A stretch of 29,576 bases of DNA from Thermoplasmata archaeon (GTDB lineage Archaea > Thermoplasmatota > SW-10-69-26 > JACQPN01 > JAJPHT01), in contig JAXDQU010000038.1 in the NCBI GenBank assembly GCA_034667685.1, forward strand, positions 1-29,576, in the 5' to 3' direction. Of this stretch, positions 25,394-29,576 are shown in pieces. The position numbers and the translations under genes are program-made. Position 1 is the stretch's first letter. The number at the start of each line of letters is the position of its first letter. The notes under the pieces were generated by a model. That model was not told the DNA's origin, made no database searches, and saw only the letters and a program-made list of their open reading frames with translations.

Positions 25394-25900
25394 TCAGCCC
25401 TTCTTCTGCAGCACGCGCACGTTGTCGCCGCGGACCGTCACGGGGATGGGGACCATCGCCTCGAAGAGCTCGACGGTGATCTCCTCCTTGGCCTGGTCGA
25501 TGCGCTGCACGCGGGCGCGCTCGCCCTTGAAGGGGCCCGCGACGAGCTCGACGATGTCGCCTTCCGCGATGCCGGCCACGGCGGGCTTGGGCGTCAGGAA
25601 GTGCTCGACCTCGGAGAGCGCCGTCTCGCCGGCCACGAGGCCGCGCGCGTGCGGGACGCCCTTGATGAGCTTCTCGAGCGCGTCGCGGTCGTACGCCTCG
25701 AGCAGCACGTAGCCGCGAAGCTCAGGAGGCGAGAGGACGGCCACGACGCCGACCTTGTGCTTCTTGGCCTTGTAGGCGATCGTGTCGCCCACGGCCTTCT
25801 CCTGGTTGATGGTGGTCTTGAGCGCGTAGATCCCCGACTTCATTTCGTCGGTGATGGTGACGGTGGGCAGGTCGTCGGGGTTGCTCTTGGCCTTCGCCAT
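25394..25900 (-). CDS. spt5: Transcription elongation factor Spt5 (NusG family)
   Basis: NGN domain ([10 protein letters not shown]...LRGYVLLEA) plus KOW ([18 protein letters not shown]...PIPVTV). Confidence 0.97.
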   Translation of the reverse strand: MAKAKSNPDDLPTVTITDEMKSGIYALKTTINQEKAVGDTIAYKAKKHKVGVVAVLSPPELRGYVLLEAYDRDALEKLIKGVPHARGLVAGETALSEVEHFLTPKPAVAGIAEGDIVELVAGPFKGERARVQRIDQAKEEITVELFEAMVPIPVTVRGDNVRVLQKKG

Positions 25901-26068
25901 GATGACACACGCTCCTGCGGCTTCGCCCGGGATGGGGAAACCTAAGGCAGAATTGAGGCGGGCAATGGGAGGCTGGTATTTGGAGGTTTGGAAGGCCCCA
26001 AGGCCCCGCGGCGTCGTTTCGGCTCGCCCTGCGACGCCCTCAAGCTCACGAGCGGCTGCATGCCCGCC

Positions 26069-26335
26069 ATGGGGTTCTGGACCTACATCCTGCGGCTCCG
26101 CGGTGGCCGGCGCTACGTCGGGTTCTCCTCACGGCCCAAGTCGCGCATCCGCAGCCATTTCCGCGGGAAGGGCGCGTCGTTCACGAAGCGTTGGCGGCCC
26201 GCGGGCGTCATCAGCGTGTTCCGCCACAAGACGAAGTCCAAGGCGAAGCGAGCCGAGAGGTCCGCCTACCGCAGCACCTCCAGGCGCTTCGGCAGGTCGC
26301 GCGTGCGCGGCGCGGGCCACACGCGGCGCTGGTGA
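26069..26335 (+). CDS. Small basic GIY-YIG nuclease (88 aa)
   Basis: WTYIL...YVG...[11 protein letters not shown]...AE. Confidence 0.85.
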   Translation: MGFWTYILRLRGGRRYVGFSSRPKSRIRSHFRGKGASFTKRWRPAGVISVFRHKTKSKAKRAERSAYRSTSRRFGRSRVRGAGHTRRW

Positions 26336-26337
26336 TC

Positions 26338-26427
26338 TCAGAAGAGGTCCGAGTTCCCGCGGCGCTTCCCGTCGCGGGCGTAGAGGATCGAGCAGTCGCA
26401 CGTGCAGGAGGACTCGGTGGCGCACAT
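26338..26427 (-). CDS. Putative 29-aa Cys-rich microprotein MCATESSCTCDCSILYARDGKRRGNSDLF
   Basis: Hand translation; every sense codon ends in G/C; TTCATGAT about 25 nt upstream. Confidence 0.55.
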   Translation of the reverse strand: MCATESSCTCDCSILYARDGKRRGNSDLF

Positions 26428-26526
26428 GAGGCGAAGAGGCGACGCGAACAATCATGAACGTTGCCAAGGCGCCCGCGACGGTTTTCCTCCACATCGCTGA
26501 TCCGGCGCGACGCGCTTCGGCGTGGC

Positions 26527-26724
26527 GTGCGAGCCATCCTCCTCACCGTCCTGATCCTGGCCGCCGCGGTCACCGTCCTCCCCTCCGCTTCCGCCGCCGA
26601 CTGCGTCCCCGCGGGCGGCCCGGTCGCCCTCTGCACCTACACGGGCCCGCAAGGCACGCCCTGCTTCTACGTCTCGCACGGTGGCGCCGAGGCCGAGCTG
26701 AACGTCATCTGCCTGGCCCCATAG
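26527..26724 (+). CDS. Small secreted 4-Cys peptide (65-aa precursor)
   Basis: Signal peptide (V/M)RAILLTVLILAAAVTVLPSASA, followed by ADCVPAGGPVALC...PC...ICLAP. Confidence 0.65.
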   Translation: MRAILLTVLILAAAVTVLPSASAADCVPAGGPVALCTYTGPQGTPCFYVSHGGAEAELNVICLAP

Positions 26725-26790
26725 GGCCGTCTCCGGGCGATACGCTCTGCGCAAAACGCGCTTCCCTGCGAGGGGTTCTGCCGTCGCGGA

Positions 26791-28272
26791 GTGAGGAGCC
26801 TCTTGCATTCGGCCGCACGTCTTTGGATCGCGTTCACCATCGTCTCCGCCTTGGTCGTCCCCGTGCTGGGCCTCGCCGGGAGCGTCGCCTCGCAGCCCGT
26901 CTTCCACCTCACGCAGGTGGATGCCGAGCGCGACGGCACCGAGCCTTCCCTGCGCTTCGGGCCCGACGGCACCGTGTTCGTCGCGGCGCCCTGCGGCCTG
27001 GACAACACCGACTGCAAGTCGGGCTGGCTCTGGTCGAGCGCCGACGAGGGCGCCACGTTCCAGCGCCGCGACGACCTCGCGGTCGGGCACCTGCGCGGCG
27101 CGGCGGTGGGCAGCGGCGACTCCGAGATCGCGGTCACCTCGGACGGACGCCTGCTCTACGCGGACCTCTGGGGCGGCGACGTCTCCGTCTCGGCCTCCGA
27201 CGACCACGGCGCGACGTGGGCCAGCACGATGCCCGTCTCGGGCCCCGTGGGCGCCGACCGCCAGTGGATGGAGACGGACGGCAACGACGTCTACGTCACC
27301 TACCAGGCCGCGCAGGGGCTCTTCGTGTTCCCCTACGTCGCGGGCGTCTACGTCGCCAAGAGCACCGACGGCGGCCTCACGTTCCCGCAGGTCAGCCTCG
27401 CGGCGCTGCGCGACGACCCGACGAACGGCTGGCACTCGGGCATCGAGGGCAACCTCGTCGTGGGCCCCGACCACGCGGTCTACATGCTGATCCCGCAAAG
27501 CGGGTCGGACGTCAACCTCGGCGCCGCCCACTCCGCGGCCTACCGCCTTGCGCTGGCGAAGTCGACCGACGGCGGCCTCACGTGGGCCCTCACCACCGTC
27601 GCGGACCGCGACGACTACCCGGCGTTCAACTTCCCCGTGCTCGCGCAGGACGCGGCGGGCAACCTGTACGCCGCGTGGGGCGAGGCGCGTTATGATGGCG
27701 CGGGCAACTACCTGGGCGGCGACATCCTGGTCTCGCACAGCGCCGACGGCGGCGCGACGTGGAGCCCCGTGCAGACCGTCGTCACGAGCCAAGGCAGCGC
27801 GGAGCTTCCGTGGATCGCGGCGGGCGGCGCGGGCAAGCTCGCCATCGGCTACTACGGCACCGACGCGCCCTACACAGCGCGCGACTATGATGGCACCGAC
27901 GGCGCGGATGACGCGGCCTACTACGCGCGCGTCGCGTGGACGCAGGACGGCCTCGCGGCGAGCCCGACGTGGACGATCACCGACGTCGACCCGACGCCCG
28001 TCGCGCACGGCGACCTCGCGCGCCAGCTCTTCGACTTCGTCACCGTGCGCGTCGATGCCGCGGGCCACCTGGGCTTCGTCTACGCGCGCTCCGTCGACGG
28101 CACGCCCGACACGAGCTACGGCTTCTACTCCAGCAGCGCGTTCGCCACGGCGCAATCCGGCCTGGACACGGTCCAGTCCGCCTCGCCCCTCGGGCCCATC
28201 GTGGGCTTCAACTCGCTCTGGTTCAAGCCGGCGATCTACGCGCACCAGACGGACGGGCCGACGTTCGGCTGA
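26791..28272 (+). CDS. Secreted Asp-box (BNR) beta-propeller, sialidase-like superfamily
   Basis: Signal peptide; five Asp boxes: SADEGATF, SDDHGATW, STDGGLTF, STDGGLTW, SADGGATW. Confidence 0.88.
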   Translation: MRSLLHSAARLWIAFTIVSALVVPVLGLAGSVASQPVFHLTQVDAERDGTEPSLRFGPDGTVFVAAPCGLDNTDCKSGWLWSSADEGATFQRRDDLAVGHLRGAAVGSGDSEIAVTSDGRLLYADLWGGDVSVSASDDHGATWASTMPVSGPVGADRQWMETDGNDVYVTYQAAQGLFVFPYVAGVYVAKSTDGGLTFPQVSLAALRDDPTNGWHSGIEGNLVVGPDHAVYMLIPQSGSDVNLGAAHSAAYRLALAKSTDGGLTWALTTVADRDDYPAFNFPVLAQDAAGNLYAAWGEARYDGAGNYLGGDILVSHSADGGATWSPVQTVVTSQGSAELPWIAAGGAGKLAIGYYGTDAPYTARDYDGTDGADDAAYYARVAWTQDGLAASPTWTITDVDPTPVAHGDLARQLFDFVTVRVDAAGHLGFVYARSVDGTPDTSYGFYSSSAFATAQSGLDTVQSASPLGPIVGFNSLWFKPAIYAHQTDGPTFG

Positions 28273-28277
28273 CGAAT

Positions 28278-28365
28278 GGAAGACGGGAAGAAGCGAAGAC
28301 GGGAACTGGGGAACAAGGGGTCCCTGCTTCCCCAGTTCCCGTCTTCGCCTCTTCCCCAGTTCCCT
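28278..28365. repeat. Palindromic intergenic repeat built from octamer units (copy B)
   Basis: GGAAGACG-GGAAGAAG-CGAAGACG-GGAACTGG-GGAACAAG, a GGGTCCC core, then inverted units; perfect 21-bp stem 28293-28313/28328-28348; lies between convergent genes. Confidence 0.88.
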
Positions 28366-28373
28366 TTCGAGGC

Positions 28374-29573
28374 TCAGATCACGAAGTCGACGTCCGCGAT
28401 GTCACCCGGCTTCCGGGAGGTCCGCGGGTCCTTGATGAGCTTGGGTGCCGAGGGCGTGAGCCCGTAGATCTGCTTCGACTTCACGCCGGTCACGACGAGC
28501 ATCACGCGGATCGTGCGCCCCTGCGCGGGGTTCACGCTGGCGCCCCAGATGATGCGGCAGTCGGGGCCGACGCGCTCGTGGACGGTCTGCACGACCTCCT
28601 GCGCCTCGGCGAGCGTCATGTCGTTTCCGCCGACGACCTCGACGAGGCAGCCGGAGGCGTGGCTGATATCAACGTCGAGCAGCGGCGAGGACAGCGCTTC
28701 GTCGACCGCGGCGCGGGCGCGCGACTCGGTGTCGCTCTCGCCCAGGCCGATCATGGCGACGCCGCCCTTCTTCATGATCGTGTTGAGGTCCGCGAAGTCG
28801 AGGTTCACGAGGCCGGGCTTCGTGATCATCTCGGTGAGGCCGCGGATGCTGCGGATGAGGATCTCGTCGGCCACGCGGAACGCGGCCTGGAGCGGCAGGT
28901 TCGGCGCGATCTCCAGGAGCTTGTCGTTGGGGATGACGATGGTCGTGTCGGCCGCCTCGCGCAGGCGAGCCAGGCCGGCCTCGGCGTTCTCCATGCGGAC
29001 GGCGCCCTCGACCTTGAACGGCATCGTCACGACGGCGATGGTCAGCGCGCCGGACTCCTTGGCGATCTTCGCGACGACGGGCGCGCTGCCCGTGCCGGTG
29101 CCGCCGCCCATGCCGGCGGTGATGAAGACCATGTCCGCGCCTTCGAGCTGCTTCTTGATCTCCGTCTCGGCTTCCAGCGCGCTTTTCTCGCCGATCTGCG
29201 GCAGCGCGCCAGCGCCCAGGCCGCGCGTCGTGGCCTTGCCGATGAGGACCTTCGTGGGGACCTTGATGTTGAGCAGGTGCTGCGCGTCGGTGTTGAGCGC
29301 GACCATGTCGCACCCTTCGAGGCTCGCGGCCATCAGGCGCACGATCGTGTTGCTGCCACCCCCGCCGCAGCCCAACACCTTGATCTTGGTCGAGAGGCCG
29401 CCCAGCAGCGAGGCCAGCTCGTCATCGCTCGTGCCGCCGCCCTGCGGGGCGGCCGGAGGCTGCGCCTTGGGCTGGGGCTCGGGGCGGTAGAGCTGCGCGC
29501 TGGGAGAAGGAGCGAGAGGCACGCGCGTCTCCTGGTTGGCGCGCGCGATGGCGTCTTGGATCAAGGACTTCAA
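28374..29573 (-). CDS. ftsZ: Cell division protein FtsZ (TTG start at the window edge)
   Basis: GCGGGGSN, tubulin signature GMGGGTGTG, NLDFAD; archaeal FtsZ1-like N-terminus KSLIQDAIARA. Confidence 0.97.
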   Translation of the reverse strand: MKSLIQDAIARANQETRVPLAPSPSAQLYRPEPQPKAQPPAAPQGGGTSDDELASLLGGLSTKIKVLGCGGGGSNTIVRLMAASLEGCDMVALNTDAQHLLNIKVPTKVLIGKATTRGLGAGALPQIGEKSALEAETEIKKQLEGADMVFITAGMGGGTGTGSAPVVAKIAKESGALTIAVVTMPFKVEGAVRMENAEAGLARLREAADTTIVIPNDKLLEIAPNLPLQAAFRVADEILIRSIRGLTEMITKPGLVNLDFADLNTIMKKGGVAMIGLGESDTESRARAAVDEALSSPLLDVDISHASGCLVEVVGGNDMTLAEAQEVVQTVHERVGPDCRIIWGASVNPAQGRTIRVMLVVTGVKSKQIYGLTPSAPKLIKDPRTSRKPGDIADVDFVI

Positions 29574-29576
29574 GGT

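Noticed and set aside
25901-26068. Possible secE or ncRNA in the spt5 upstream spacer
   Set aside because: No ORF with the KP..EE plus TM pattern of SecE and no convincing RNA structure; it looks like a divergent promoter region.

Overview
Very GC-rich (roughly 70% by eye) archaeal chromosomal DNA. Archaeal markers are aIF-1A–Rio1–Dim2/Pno1, Spt5, eL40 and an archaeal-type FtsZ. A Thermoplasmatota-like lineage is my inference, from the membrane-anchored double-wHTH protein and the PGF-CTERM-like secreted protein. Housekeeping and metabolic genes are ilvE, a BCKDH/PDH-type E1 alpha/beta pair, a 7Fe ferredoxin, a long U32 Fe-S protein, an SDR and a PaaI thioesterase. They are interspersed with many small membrane, secreted and Cys/Zn-finger proteins. 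No tRNA, rRNA, CRISPR array, transposase or integrase was seen. Main observations: (1) intergenic palindromes built from inverted arrays of 8-nt or 6-nt tandem units downstream of genes, two of them (1-66, 28278-28365) clearly one family, plus a 275-bp element with alternative pairings; (2) a signal-peptide/ectodomain/TM/double-wHTH receptor-like gene coupled to an apparently catalytically altered DNPH1/NDT-fold gene; (3) a 2.2-kb block (GIY-YIG, two Cys-rich micro-ORFs, Asp-box propeller) between ftsZ and spt5 where secE is usually found; (4) short ORFs absent from the ORF track, including rpl40e.
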